From Octopus vulgaris (taxonomy: Eukaryota), in contig OX597828.1 in the NCBI GenBank assembly GCA_951406725.2, positions 44,268,001-44,332,000 of the forward strand: 64,000 bases of DNA, given 5' to 3'. The first letter of the stretch is position 1. Each line of letters opens with the position of its first letter. The translations under genes and the position numbers were made by a program. The notes below the pieces were generated by a model. The model saw nothing but the letters and a program-made list of their open reading frames with translations. It ran no database searches and was not told the DNA's origin. This document shows, one piece after another, positions 46,462-59,569 of the stretch.

Positions 46462-46989
46462 CATCATCATCATCATCATCCTCTTCCTCATCATCATCAT
46501 CATCATCCTCTTCCTCCTCATCATCATCATCATCCTCTTCCCCCTCCTCCTCATCATCATCATCTTCCTCATCATCATCATCATCATCACATCGTCGTCG
46601 TCCTCCCCCTCCTCATCATCATCACATCGTCCTCCTCCTCCTCCTCCTCATCATCATCATCATCATCATCATCACATCCTCCTTCCCCTCCTTCTCATCA
46701 TCATCATCACCACCACCATCGCCATCCTCATCGTTGTTGTCAATTGTCGTCCTCGTCATAAACAACAAGTCGATTATATAACACTTTATTATGTTAGTTC
46801 GACAGAACGAGTTGGCGTAGTGGGGAGGGAGTATTTGTTTTAGAGAAAAGATGCCCCCCCACCCCCACCCACCCACCACAATACACTCCTACAGGGCGAT
46901 GTTGTCGTCACCGACATCGTATTAAGCCCGTGGAATCTGTGTTTGCATCATATAGAAAAAAAAAACGACAAAACAAAATGTGTTAAACT

Positions 46990-47062
46990 TTAACAAACAT
47001 GGCCGCAATCTTCCTTCATTCATCGCTATGCTGAACACGACCGGAAGTGCACTAGGGTGAGT
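46990..47062 (+). promoter_or_regulatory. Candidate promoter/first-exon end (YY1, ETS, splice donor)
   Basis: AAACATGGCCGC 46995-47006, ACCGGAAGTG 47040-47049, AGG|GTGAGT 47057-47062. Confidence 0.35.
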
Positions 47063-48296
47063 GCGCTTTCTTGCAAAGAAATTTCACTATTATGTTATTT
47101 ACTTGCAGCACCAAACCAACACCTTTACCAAAGTCATTATTTGGCACCATCACCACCATCACCACCACCACCACCACCACTAAAACCACTACCACCACCA
47201 GCTTCTTCTTTAAATGCGCTACCACCTTCTCCCAGCTACATTGTCACCTTCATGAATAGCCCCCGTTGCTTTTTACAATGGCTTTCGACAGCCAGGATTC
47301 TACGACTACAAATACCATCACTACCACTACCACTAATATCACCAACACTCCTACTTCCAGAGCCACCATTTACGTCATCATCATCAGCGCCAATATTTGT
47401 ATGAATAGACTTGTCACATGTTGTACTATCGCCGCCTGCAGAAATTACCGGCATAATCATCATCATTAACATGAACATTGCAACCATCAATACTACAACT
47501 ATTACACCCCATTCCCACAAGCACCATCACAACCACCAACACGAATACCACCACCACCACCACCACCACCACCACCACCACCACCACTACCACCAGAGCC
47601 ATCTTCAATATTATCGCCACCAACTTAACCATTATTAACACAAGCGCCACCAACAATAACAATTATAACCATCAATACTATCACTCCAACCACCACAAAC
47701 CTCAACACCACCAGCACCAACACCACTACCACCACCACCTACCACCATCACCACCATCACCACCAACACCACCAGCATCACCACCAACACCACCACCAAC
47801 ACCAACACCACCACTACCACCACCACCAACTTCAATCTTGCTTGCTTGCTTGCTTGCTTGTTTGCTTGCAGTGCTACACGACCAAACTGGCGCATAATGG
47901 GAAAATACTTTGAATGTAAAGCGCCCCTGAAATATGAATACAAACGGAATAAAACAATAAATCAGACCAGTGGTTCTTGCGATATTCGGGCGTTTTAGGT
48001 ATAAAAACCTAAATCGTTGCATAATGGGAAAATAACTTTACCTTTCCATTAGACACGGTATGATGGGCATATAAAGGACTCGAAATACCTGTTCCGTGGT
48101 AGCAGGGCATCCAATAAATATTAGCTAAATCTTACAGTTTTCTGGAGAGAGGAACCGTTTACCCGTGATTTCGATGTCACATTCGTTGAAAGCATGTGAA
48201 ATAACGTGGGAAAGAAAAAAAAATGACACTCATGAAACAAAACTCTGTTGCTACTAAACTCAGACTCTCCCGGTGACCCAGCGTGTCAGAGGTATA

Positions 48297-48334
<38 letters not shown>

Positions 48335-48337
<3 letters not shown>

Positions 48338-48523
48338 AGAGTTTACGAAAAACAAAACAAAAGACGAAGACAGGTGGTGTACAAAACATAGATGTATTAG
48401 TATAACTCTCAGGAATAGAAAAAGATTTTTACGTTTCGAGCCTACGCTCTTCTACAGAAAGGGACACAGAAAAAACAAGGAGAGAAAAAAATGTGTGTAG
48501 TGGCTGACGATCTATCATGGCGA
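48335..48523 (-). mobile_element. HHR-bearing element family B2 inside (TA)n
   Basis: Reverse-complement homolog of 58567-58765; HHR-like ttt-CTGTAGA-A-GAGC-gtag-GCTC-GAAA-CG-TA-aaa at 48427-48460. Confidence 0.7.
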
Positions 48524-48531
48524 TATCTATA

Positions 48532-48576
<45 letters not shown>

Positions 48577-48598
48577 TCATATATATATAAAGAGTCAG

Positions 48599-48637
<39 letters not shown>

Positions 48638-48639
48638 AA

Positions 48640-48826
48640 TGTGACAACGTGTGTATCGTTGGCGATTTTTTCCTCCGTCTTCCTTTCCTTGGATCTTTCA
48701 TTTTCCTATGTTTCTGACGAAGAGCTCTGCTCGAAACGTTAAATCCTCCTTCTTTCTTTCCTTTCCTGAGTGTTCAATAACACTATGCTTGTTCCACATC
48801 CTCGCGTTGTTGTGCTTTCTTGTTTA

Positions 48827-48898
<72 letters not shown>

Positions 48899-48944
48899 AT
48901 CCAAACAAGAAAGCACAACAACGCGAGGATGTGGAACAAGCATA
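48640..48944 (+). mobile_element. HHR-bearing element family B1 with inverted terminal duplication across (TA)n
   Basis: 48784-48825 is the exact reverse complement of 48903-48944; relatives at about 2600-2795 and 38410-38600. Confidence 0.7.
48711..48743 (+). ncRNA. Minimal type I HHR motif (palindromic stem III)
   Basis: TTT-CTGACGA-A-GAGC-tct-GCTC-GAAA-CG-TT-AAA. Confidence 0.7.
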
Positions 48945-49151
48945 TATATATATATATATAAACAGAAACAGACAGACAGATAACTAGATAGGTAGGTAGG
49001 TACATAAATAGATAGATAGAGAGACAGATAAATTATATACCAGTCTACCTACCTATCAATCTATCTATCTATCGTTGATTTGGGTGATACCGTTGTTTTC
49101 GAGGTAGCTACTGATACAGCCTTTGTTGCCGTTATATTCTGGTGGTGGTAA

Positions 49152-49214
<63 letters not shown>

Positions 49215-49515
49215 CAGCAGGGGAGGAGGAGGAGCGGTGGCAGTGCTGATGCTGGTGGTGAAGTAGTAGGTGTTGAAGTAGTGGAACTGGTAATTCTAGT
49301 AATAGTAGCAGAAATATTAGAAGTCTTGTTGTAGTTGGTCGTGGTCGTGGTGGTAGTGTCGGCTGTAATAGTAGTAGTAGCAGTAGTAGTAGTAGTAGTA
49401 GTAGTATTCTTTTAGTGTTGGTACAGCTTACTATTGGTTTCCTTGCTTAAGCAGGCGTTGTTGTTGAAAATGGTTGTTTTTGTTGTTGTTGTTGTTGTTG
49501 ATGATGATGATGATG

Positions 49516-49556
<41 letters not shown>

Positions 49557-49904
49557 AATGATGTTTTCTTTGTTCTTCTGGTCCTTCATTGTTGCTTTTT
49601 GTTGGTGTAACAGTTGGTGTTGCAGTCACATTTGGGCGAGTGCATCTATGATCCACTTAGGAATATTTAGCATTCTTTTATTTTCATATTCTAAAAAAAT
49701 TTTTTTCCATTTCATTCAATTTCATTCATTCTCATTCGCTTTCGCTGAATTTCATTCATTTTCATTTATATTCTTAAACATTTAAACAGTTCTATTCAAT
49801 TTCATTCGTTCTCTTTCATTCTCATTGATTTCTATTTATTTTCATTCATTTTTATTTTCATTCGTTCTCTTTCATTACTCTTTACTCTTTACTCTCTCTT
49901 TTAG

Positions 49905-50301
49905 TCATTTACTTGTTTCAGTCATTTGACTGCGGCCATGCTGGAGCACCGCCTTTAGTCGAGCAAATCGACCCCAGGACTTATTCTTTGTAAGCCCAGT
50001 ACTTATTCTATCGGTCTCTTTTGCCGAACCGCTAATTGACGGGGACGTAAACACACCAGCATCGGTTGTCAAGCAATGCTAGGGGGACAAACACAGACAC
50101 ACAAACATATACACACACACTCATATATATATACATATATACGACAGGCTTCTTTCAGTTTCCGTCTACCAAATCCACTCACAAGGCATTGGTCGGCCCG
50201 GGGCTATAGCAGAAGACACTTGCCCAAGATGCCACGCAGTGGGACTGAACCCGGAACCATGTGGTTGGTTAGCAAGCTACTTACCACACAGCCACTCCTG
50301 C
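49905..50301 (-). mobile_element. SINE family C (tRNA head, CORE-like ttgggcaagtgtctt), best-preserved copy
   Basis: Reverse complement reads gcaggagtggctgtgtggtaag (A box)...gggttcagtccc (B box)...internal (TA)/(TG)...gactgaaacaagtaaa plus short tandem tail. Confidence 0.92.
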
Positions 50302-50340
50302 ACCTCATTCTCATTCCTTTTTTATTAATTTCCATTTAAT

Positions 50341-51262
50341 TTCAATAATTTTCATTCATTTTCGTTCATTTTTATTAATTTTCATTCGTTCTCTTTCATT
50401 CTCATTCCTTTTAATTTCAATAATTTTCATTCATTTTCATTCATTTTTTAAAATTTTCATTCGTTCTCTTTCATTCTCATTCCTTTTAATTTCAATAATT
50501 TTCATTCATTTTCGTTCATTTTTATTAATTTTCATTCGTTCTCTTTCATTCTCATTCCTTTTAATTTCAATAATTTTCATTCATTTTCGTTCATTTTTAT
50601 TAATTTTCATTCGTTCTCTTTCATTCTCATTCCTTTTAATTTCAATAATTTTCATTCATTTTCATTCATTTTTTAAAATTTTCATTCGTTCTCTTTCATT
50701 CTCATTCCTTTTAATTTCAATAATTTTCATTCATTTTCATTCATTTTTTAAAATTTTCATTCGTTCTCTTTCATTCTCATTCCTTTTAATTTCAATAATT
50801 TTCATTCATTTTCATTCATTTTTATTAATTTTCGTTCGTTCTCTTTCATTCTCATTCCTTTTAATTTCAATAATTTTCATTCATTTTCATTCATTTTTAT
50901 TAATTTTCATTCGTTCTCTTTCATTCTCATTCCTTTTAATTTCAATAATTTTCATTCATTTTCATTCATTTTTATTAATTTTCATTCGTTCTCTTTCATT
51001 CTCATTCCTTTTAATTTCAATAATTTTCATTCATTTTCATTCATTTTTATTAATTTTCGTTCGTTCTCTTTCATTCTCATTCCTTTTAATTTCAAAAATT
51101 TTCATTCATTTTCATTCATTTTTATTAATTTTCATTCGTTCTCTTTCATTCTCATTCCTTTTAATTTCAATAATTTTCATTCATTTTTATTAATTTTCAT
51201 TCGTTCTCTTTCATTCTCATTCCTTTTAATTTCAATAATTTTCATTCATTTTCATTCATTTT
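50341..51262. repeat. 75-bp T-rich minisatellite, about 12 copies
   Basis: ttcaataattttcattcatt...ctcattccttttaat recurs at 50341, 50416, 50491 and onward. Confidence 0.95.
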
Positions 51263-51920
51263 CCTTCGAACATTCCCTCATAGTATATTTCATACTTTAT
51301 CCGCCATTATTTTAACATTTACTCTACAAAAATCATTTCCCTCTCTGAAAACGTAATTTTCTCACGTATGTAAACAAAATCACACATTAACACACACACA
51401 AACACACATACGCACATGTACACACGGACCATTACACATCAACGCATTCACACAATAAGTGCGCAGGTACACAAACACACGAGCGATTTTTATACAGACA
51501 CGTACGTACGTATCCTTGTTTTATTTTTCTTGTAATTTTGGTTTGATGGAGACTATATATTAGCGATGGCGATATCGATGATGATGATGATGACGCTGAT
51601 GATGATGATTATGGCGGCGATGAGGGTGATGAAAGAGTATGTTTGCCATTGTTGTTCTTACACTTGTTATTGCAAGGCATTTTCTCCTCTTCACTTCACA
51701 CTTGCCTTCCTACGAGTTGTTTCAACATGGCTGACAAACAAAAGTCTTGAGCATATCATAGCAGGTGTTGACGTAATACAAACATGCGTACATACATATA
51801 TACATACACACATACATACATACATACATACATACATACATACATACATACATACGTACATACATACATACATGCATACATACATACATACATACATACA
51901 TACATACATACATACATACA

Positions 51921-51953
<33 letters not shown>

Positions 51954-51989
51954 GCATACAAACATACGTAAATACGTATGCATACACAC

Positions 51990-52028
<39 letters not shown>

Positions 52029-52163
52029 TGTGTGTGTGTGTATACATATATATAAATATATATTCGTATGTGTGTGTGTATATATATATATTTATATATA
52101 TATATATATATGTGTGTGTATATATATGTTTGTGTGTGTACATATATGAGTGTGTATGTATAA

Positions 52164-52216
<53 letters not shown>

Positions 52217-52275
52217 AGCATAAACTCATGTATATGGACATACATCATACAAGAACGTAGTCATACAAATACGTG

Positions 52276-52352
<77 letters not shown>

Positions 52353-52783
52353 ATGTATGTATGTTTTATGTGTGTATGTATGTACGCATATATTACACAT
52401 TGTTGTTTTTGTGTAAGTCTGAGAAAAAATATAAGGCAAATACGGTTGGACATCAACGACAAAATCAACAACAGACCCCATCATCATAATCATCAGCATC
52501 ATCATCATCATCATAGGTTTTATTCACGCGCGCACACACATACGTATATACATATAACATATTATATACATATATATATGTTATATGTATATATACATAT
52601 ATATTTATGTGTCTATGTGTATATATGTATTCAAGTGTGTGCGTGCATGTATGTATACACATACAACAACTTGTAAATTAGACTACGTATGCATTCTTAT
52701 AGGCAAATATTTGTTACATTGTCGTATATACATACGTATAAGCACATATACATGTACACACACGCACACACAGGTATATCTAT

Positions 52784-52861
<78 letters not shown>

Positions 52862-52953
52862 ACATATATATATACACACACAAAATATATAATTATATAT
52901 ACATATATATATATGTATACATCGATACATAAATGCTTAGATATGCACACACA

Positions 52954-53001
<48 letters not shown>

Positions 53002-53109
53002 TGTATTTGTTATATGGTTGCATATTTGCCTGTAGAAATTTTTACGTGCATCCGCATCATTTTTCGTTTTTTTTCTCACTTTTTTTGTTTTAGATTGTCT
53101 TTTTTATTA

Positions 53110-53172
<63 letters not shown>

Positions 53173-53581
53173 CTTGTGTGTGTATTGGGAGGGGGTTCTG
53201 TTTGTACACACATTTTCTGAGTATGCATTTGTCTGTTTTCTTTATATTTCTGCATATTTCTATATTCATATTTTTTCACTGCGCATCCATTTTGTTTGCG
53301 GATGCTTAAAGTGTGTTATTAGCGTAGTTTTGTTGTTATGTATGTGTTCGTGAGCATATGGTATTATTTTTTCTTTCATTCCTTATGTGTATATACATTT
53401 GTATATATGCGTCTTATTGTCCTATGTACATTATATGTATGTTTTACTTTCTCCTATATATGTTTATATTTGTGTACACTTATAGGTGTAACGTTGTCTC
53501 GCTCTCTTTCGGACTTTCTCTTTCAATCACTTTATCCATATATATTTATATGCATATATACATTTACATGAATATATATAT

Positions 53582-53618
<37 letters not shown>

Positions 53619-53666
53619 GTATATGTATACATATATACATACACAAACACACACACACACATATAT

Positions 53667-53714
<48 letters not shown>

Positions 53715-54478
53715 GGATATCTCTCACTCTCTGCTGCCTGCACGTTTCATTGTATTATTTCTGTGTGTAGGAGGAGGTGATATTATTGGAAGGGGCGACT
53801 TTCTTTTACAAAAACATATAATAATAATAAAAACATAATAACTATAACGCTAAGATAGAGATAAGAATGCAATATGGCTGAAAAGTGAAATAGGCACTAA
53901 AAAAAAGGCAAAAAATATAGATACAAAGAACAGAATGCAGACGGATATAGGTGTGAAAGAGTGAAAAATAGAGCAGGGAGTGTAAAGAAAGAAGGACTGA
54001 AAGAAGTACAGAAGGAAAGAAAACCAGTAAAGAAAGAAAATTAAGAAAGATGAGAAAATTAAGAGAAGAAAAATGAAAAGGAAGCAACACAAAAATGGCG
54101 GAATATATAAAATGCGCCAAAATAAACGTTGCTGTATGTTTAGAAAAAATAGTAATGGATATGTTAGAGAGAGGTTTAGTATAGGAGTGTGGATATAATA
54201 GAACAGAGAGAGAGATTAAGATAGAGAGAGATAAAGGTAGAGAGAGAGAGAGAGAAATAAAGATAGAGATAGAGAGATGGGGGGTAAGAGATGGCGATGA
54301 ACAAGTTTGGAAAGAAATAGGAGAGAAAGCAGAAAAGAATGAAAGACGGGACTCACAAGGGAAGAGGATTTAAAACTAAGACATGAAAAATATATGAATT
54401 GAGAGGAAAGAAGGAGTAGGAAGTCAACAACGGAGAATTATAGATGCATAAGTACAGATGTATATGTATGTGCATACA

Positions 54479-54513
<35 letters not shown>

Positions 54514-54751
54514 GCACACATGTATATACATATATATATATCTATACATATACGCATATATGCATATATATATATATCTATACATATACGTATATATACA
54601 TATATACGTATATATATATATATACGTATATATATATATATATATGTATACGTATATATATATATACGTATATATATATATATATATGTGCATATGTACA
54701 CACACTCAGACACACACACACACACACACACGCACACACACACACATATCT

Positions 54752-54858
<107 letters not shown>

Positions 54859-54935
54859 CGTGGTTGTTTGCGTATGTTTATAGATATGTTTGTATGCGTG
54901 TATTAGTGTGTCGCTATAAATGCACTTGTGTAGGG

Positions 54936-54973
<38 letters not shown>

Positions 54974-55207
54974 TGTATGCATTAAGCGTACATATGTATG
55001 TGTTTTATACGTATATATTATATATAACATATATACACATATATTTATATATATATATATACATATATCTATATATATATACTTATATATACATATATAT
55101 ATATACATATATGTACGTATATATATATATATATACATATATGTGTGCCTATGCGCATGTGTGATTGTAAGTGTGTATATGCGTGTGTATGTGTGTGTAG
55201 ATGCGTG

Positions 55208-55253
<46 letters not shown>

Positions 55254-55323
55254 GAGAGAGATAACAAGAACGACGATTGCGAAGAGAAGAGTAGGCGGAA
55301 GAGTAAATGTTACGAAGGAAGAA

Positions 55324-55386
<63 letters not shown>

Positions 55387-55770
55387 GAAGAAAGAAACAG
55401 GTAATTCAGAGGTCAATATGACCCTTTCTTAACTTGGAGCTTTTCTAGAGATTTAAGCAGATTATAGCAAATTCAGTATCTCCCCAAAGATAAAACTATT
55501 ACAGGTGAATTTTTCCTGACCCATTTCACGATAGTCAGGTAAAAAGATGTAAACAGCACTACATGACCAGAAGCTGCTTAAAGTTTGATTTGAACTCCAG
55601 GATCAAGATGATAACTAAGTTGTTGTCATATCCGCCCCGATATTTTCCATCTCTAAAACATTGCTGCATGTATGTAGTCTGCACGTTCTAATAAATGCAT
55701 GAATTCCGGTATCCATGGGTGCATATTTTATGCAAATCTACACAAGCACACAAACTCACACACACACATA

Positions 55771-55837
<67 letters not shown>

Positions 55838-55931
55838 TACTGTTGTGTCTGTGGAGAGTCATTTTCTTTTTGTGCCTAATAATCTAACACACTCACCGGT
55901 AAAATTTCCACTTATTTCTTATTTTTATTTT

Positions 55932-55970
55932 CCTAAAATTTTCGTTGCATCTTGCAACCTTTTCAATAGA
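55932..55970 (-). ncRNA. Minimal HHR motif with U3-A8 core covariant, within a ~145-bp insert in (TA)n (55840-55987)
   Basis: Reverse complement TCTA-TTGAAAA-G-GTTGCA-aga-TGCAAC-GAAA-AT-TT-TAGG. Confidence 0.6.
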
Positions 55971-56010
55971 CTTGACTCCGTCCGTAATATATATATATAT
56001 ACATACATAC

Positions 56011-56041
<31 letters not shown>

Positions 56042-56312
56042 CATACATACATACATACATACATACATAAATGTCTTTTGCCGTCTATTTTTTAGTGCGC
56101 GGTGAGGTGCAAGCTAAACTCTTGTAACGATTATGTATATAATTATAAAATATTGGGAAAATTTGCATACTTATATATGTATATCCTTAAATCCTTAAAA
56201 ATGTTTTAGCCCGAAGGCCGCGGCCATGCTGGGGCACCACCGCTGAATGAGCTACACTAATTTGTGAATCCACCTCTGATACGTGGCACTTGATCAACAA
56301 GGGAGTTCGATA

Positions 56313-56365
<53 letters not shown>

Positions 56366-56370
56366 TTATA

Positions 56371-56404
<34 letters not shown>

Positions 56405-56532
56405 CAAATATATATACATATACATGTATGCATATGTATATATATACATATATGTATGCATATATACGTACATATATAAATATATATACATATATATAAA
56501 TATATATATATATACATATATAAACTTATATA

Positions 56533-56795
56533 TGTGGAGGCGCGTGGCTTAGTGATTAGGGTGTCAGCGTCATGATAGTAAGATTGGGGCTTCCATTCCT
56601 GGACTGGGCAACGCGTTGTGTTCTTGACCAAAACACTCCATTTCACGTTGCTTCAGTCCACTCAGCTTGCAAAAATCATTAACGCTGCGATGAAATAGTG
56701 TCCCGTCCAGCTGGGGAACGCATACGCCATTGAAACCGGCAAACCTGGCCCATGAGCCTGGCTAGGGTTGAAAAGGGCGCATTTATTATTTTTTG
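56533..56795 (+). mobile_element. SINE family V, full-length
   Basis: Colinear with the reverse complement of 21502-21770. Confidence 0.9.
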
Positions 56796-56806
56796 AAAAT
56801 ACATAT

Positions 56807-56892
<86 letters not shown>

Positions 56893-57049
56893 TGGCAGGG
56901 CTGGCCTGCTAGGTAGCCGGCCAGAATGCTAGAAGAAGATCATCAACGATCAAACTACAAGGGAAATTCTCTAGAGGAAGAATTCAGCGAACACCAGAAC
57001 CAACTTTGGCGGGCAGGACATATGAAAAATTAAATAAATAACAGACTTA

Positions 57050-57125
57050 AATGCATACCTCGGTTTCGGTCTTAACAAAAGAATTACTTGCATAATTCAA
57101 GTGTCCATGACTTCTTCAGTACATT
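57050..57125 (-). ncRNA. Type I HHR with long stem II (unit 1)
   Basis: Reverse complement AATGTA-CTGAAGA-AGTC...GAATTA-tgcaag-TAATTC...GACC-GAAA-CC-ga-GG-TA-TGCATT; GUA cleavage between 57056 and 57055. Confidence 0.8.
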
Positions 57126-57595
57126 CGGTCCTCGAGATGCAAACCGCAAGACTAACCCCAGCTCTCTGTGTCAAGACAGACACGTGCTTAGTCTTACTGA
57201 TTACATCGGGAATAAAATTTCAAATGTCTTGGTTCTGGCGCGCTGAGAGACTCTTGAAGCGAAGGGCTGCAGTGAATAATTCACTGCGGGTAGTGCTTAC
57301 AACTAGGGAACGTATTTATTTAAATATTTAAAAATTGAGGGAGATAAATTAATATTAATTTTAATATCAATTTAAAACCAGTAGTCCAGCATTCAAAAAA
57401 TCTGAGGAGTCAGAGAAAATTCAAATATATGTGTATATTGGCAGGGCTGGCCTGCTAGGTAGCCGGCCAGAATGCTAGAAGAAGATCATCAACGATCAAA
57501 CTACAAGGGAAATTCTCTAGAGGAAGAATTCAGCGAACACCAGAACCAACTTTGGCGGGCAGGACATATGAAAAATTAAATAAATAACAGACTTA

Positions 57596-57671
57596 AATGC
57601 ATACCTCGGTTTCGGTCTTAACAAAAGAATTACTTGCATAATTCAAGTGTCCATGACTTCTTCAGTACATT
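57596..57671 (-). ncRNA. Type I HHR (unit 2, same sequence as unit 1)
   Basis: Same motif at +546 bp. Confidence 0.8.
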
Positions 57672-58141
57672 CGGTCCTCGAGATGCAAACCGCAAGACTA
57701 ACCCCAGCTCTCTGTGTCAAGACAGACACGTGCTTAGTCTTACTGATTACATCGGGAATAAAATTTCAAATGTCTTGGTTCTGGCGCGCTGAGAGACTCT
57801 TGAAGCGAAGGGCTGCAGTGAATAATTCACTGCGGGTAGTGCTTACAACTAGGGAACGTATTTATTTAAATATTTAAAAATTGAGGGAGATAAATTAATA
57901 TTAATTTTAATATCAATTTAAAACCAGTAGTCCAGCATTCAAAAAATCTGAGGAGTCAGAGAAAATTCAAATATATGTGTATATTGGCAGGGCTGGCCTG
58001 CTAGGTAGCCGGCCAGAATGCTAGAAGAAGATCATCAACGATCAAACTACAAGAGAAATTCTCTAGAGGAAGAATTCAGCGAACACTAGAACCAACTTTG
58101 GCGGGCAGGACATATGAAAAATTAAATAAATAACAGACTTA

Positions 58142-58217
58142 AATGCCTACCTCGATTTCGGTCTTAACAAAAGAATTACTTGCATAATTCAAGTGTCCAT
58201 GACTTCTTCAGTACATT
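58142..58217 (-). ncRNA. Type I HHR (unit 3, two substitutions)
   Basis: Core intact; a stem III C-G becomes U-G, and the first stem I pair becomes a mismatch. Confidence 0.7.
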
Positions 58218-58248
58218 CGGTCCTCGAGATGCAAACTGAAAGACTAAC

Positions 58249-58295
<47 letters not shown>

Positions 58296-58358
58296 GGATA
58301 TATATACATATGCACACATACATACATACATGCATATATATGTGTGTGTGTGTGTATT

Positions 58359-58390
<32 letters not shown>

Positions 58391-58398
58391 TACATACA

Positions 58399-58533
58399 TA
58401 AATGGAACAAAAACGCAATAGAGGACATTCAAGCGTTTGGAAGCATAAACGACACACAGGCGAACAAGAGAAACAACAAGTGCTACATGTCACGACCATT
58501 TCGGACAGTTACACTTAAGATGGTTCGATCTGG

Positions 58534-58568
<35 letters not shown>

Positions 58569-58988
58569 TGATAGATCGCTAGCCACTTCACACATTTTTT
58601 TCACTTTGTTTTCTCTCCTTGTTTCTTTCTGTGTTCCTCTCTGTGGAAGAGCGTAGGCTCAAAACGTTAAAAACTTTTTCTATTCCTGAGCGTTATACTA
58701 ATGCATCTGTTTGTTTTCTACGCCACCTGTCTTCGTCATTTGTTTTTTCGTGAATTCTCACTATACATAATATATATATATATATATATATACATATATA
58801 TATGTACACACAAATAGGTTTAGTGCTCTTAGCTTAGACTGTTTGGGGAACAACCAGATCGAACCATCTTAAGTGTAACTGTCCGAAATGGTCGTGACAT
58901 GTAGCACTTGTTGTTTCTCTTGTTCGCCTGTGTGTCGTTTATGCTTCCAAACGCTTGAATGTCCTCTATTGCGTTTTTGTTCCATTTA
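58399..58988. repeat. ~137-bp near-perfect inverted repeat (58399-58535 / 58852-58988) enclosing (TA)n and a family B2 element (58567-58765)
   Basis: aaatggaacaaaaacgc...gttcgatctggtt against aaccagatcgaac...gcgtttttgttccattt. Confidence 0.93.
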
Positions 58989-59038
58989 TATATATATATT
59001 TTGTTCCATTTATATATATATATTTTGTTCCATTTATA

Positions 59039-59079
<41 letters not shown>

Positions 59080-59090
59080 TTCCATTTATA

Positions 59091-59205
<115 letters not shown>

Positions 59206-59569
59206 TATAATAGAGAAAGGTGCTTATTAATTATGTAACAATTACTAAAAGTACTACAAAATGCAATATTAAAAGCTTTACCGTGAAGAAATATTTTTTT
59301 ATAAATTCATGTTCTAAGAAATTTCCTAGAATTTCAACTTCTGGAGTTTATTGAATTTTTATAACTCCAAATTCTCGCAAATTTAAACATTCCTTGCGTT
59401 CACTACTACATCTAATTCTTCATAAATGTAGGTGCTCATAGTAATCGCTGCGGAGTAGATTTTAATGTTTAATAATCAACACTCGTAATTCGTTGCAGGT
59501 AACATTTTACATTTTTATTTACAACACTCTCCTTTTATCGCTCGCCTCTATTTTTATCAGTGATTATTT

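Larger units (their letters stand above)
56886..58249 (-). repeat. 546-bp tandem array (2.5 units), one HHR per unit; retrozyme/Penelope-pLTR-like
   Basis: attggcagggctggcc at 56891, 57437 and 57983; identical ORF-track peptides at 57101 and 57647; flanked by (TA)n on both sides. Confidence 0.93.

Noticed and set aside
50230-50301. tRNA-like A/B boxes (also 21700-21770, 36155-36240, 56535-56605)
   Set aside because: No complete cloverleaf; they continue into SINE bodies, so they are SINE heads rather than tRNA genes
50341-51262. Regular repeat array considered as CRISPR
   Set aside because: No unique spacers, eukaryotic context, no cas genes
57101-57331. 76-aa ORF repeated in the 546-bp array
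   Set aside because: GTG start, no recognisable motif, antisense to the ribozyme, truncated in unit 3
57401-57425. Plus-strand CTGAGGA-gtcaga-GAAA in the array (possible ambisense HHR)
   Set aside because: No stem II pairing and no convincing stem I
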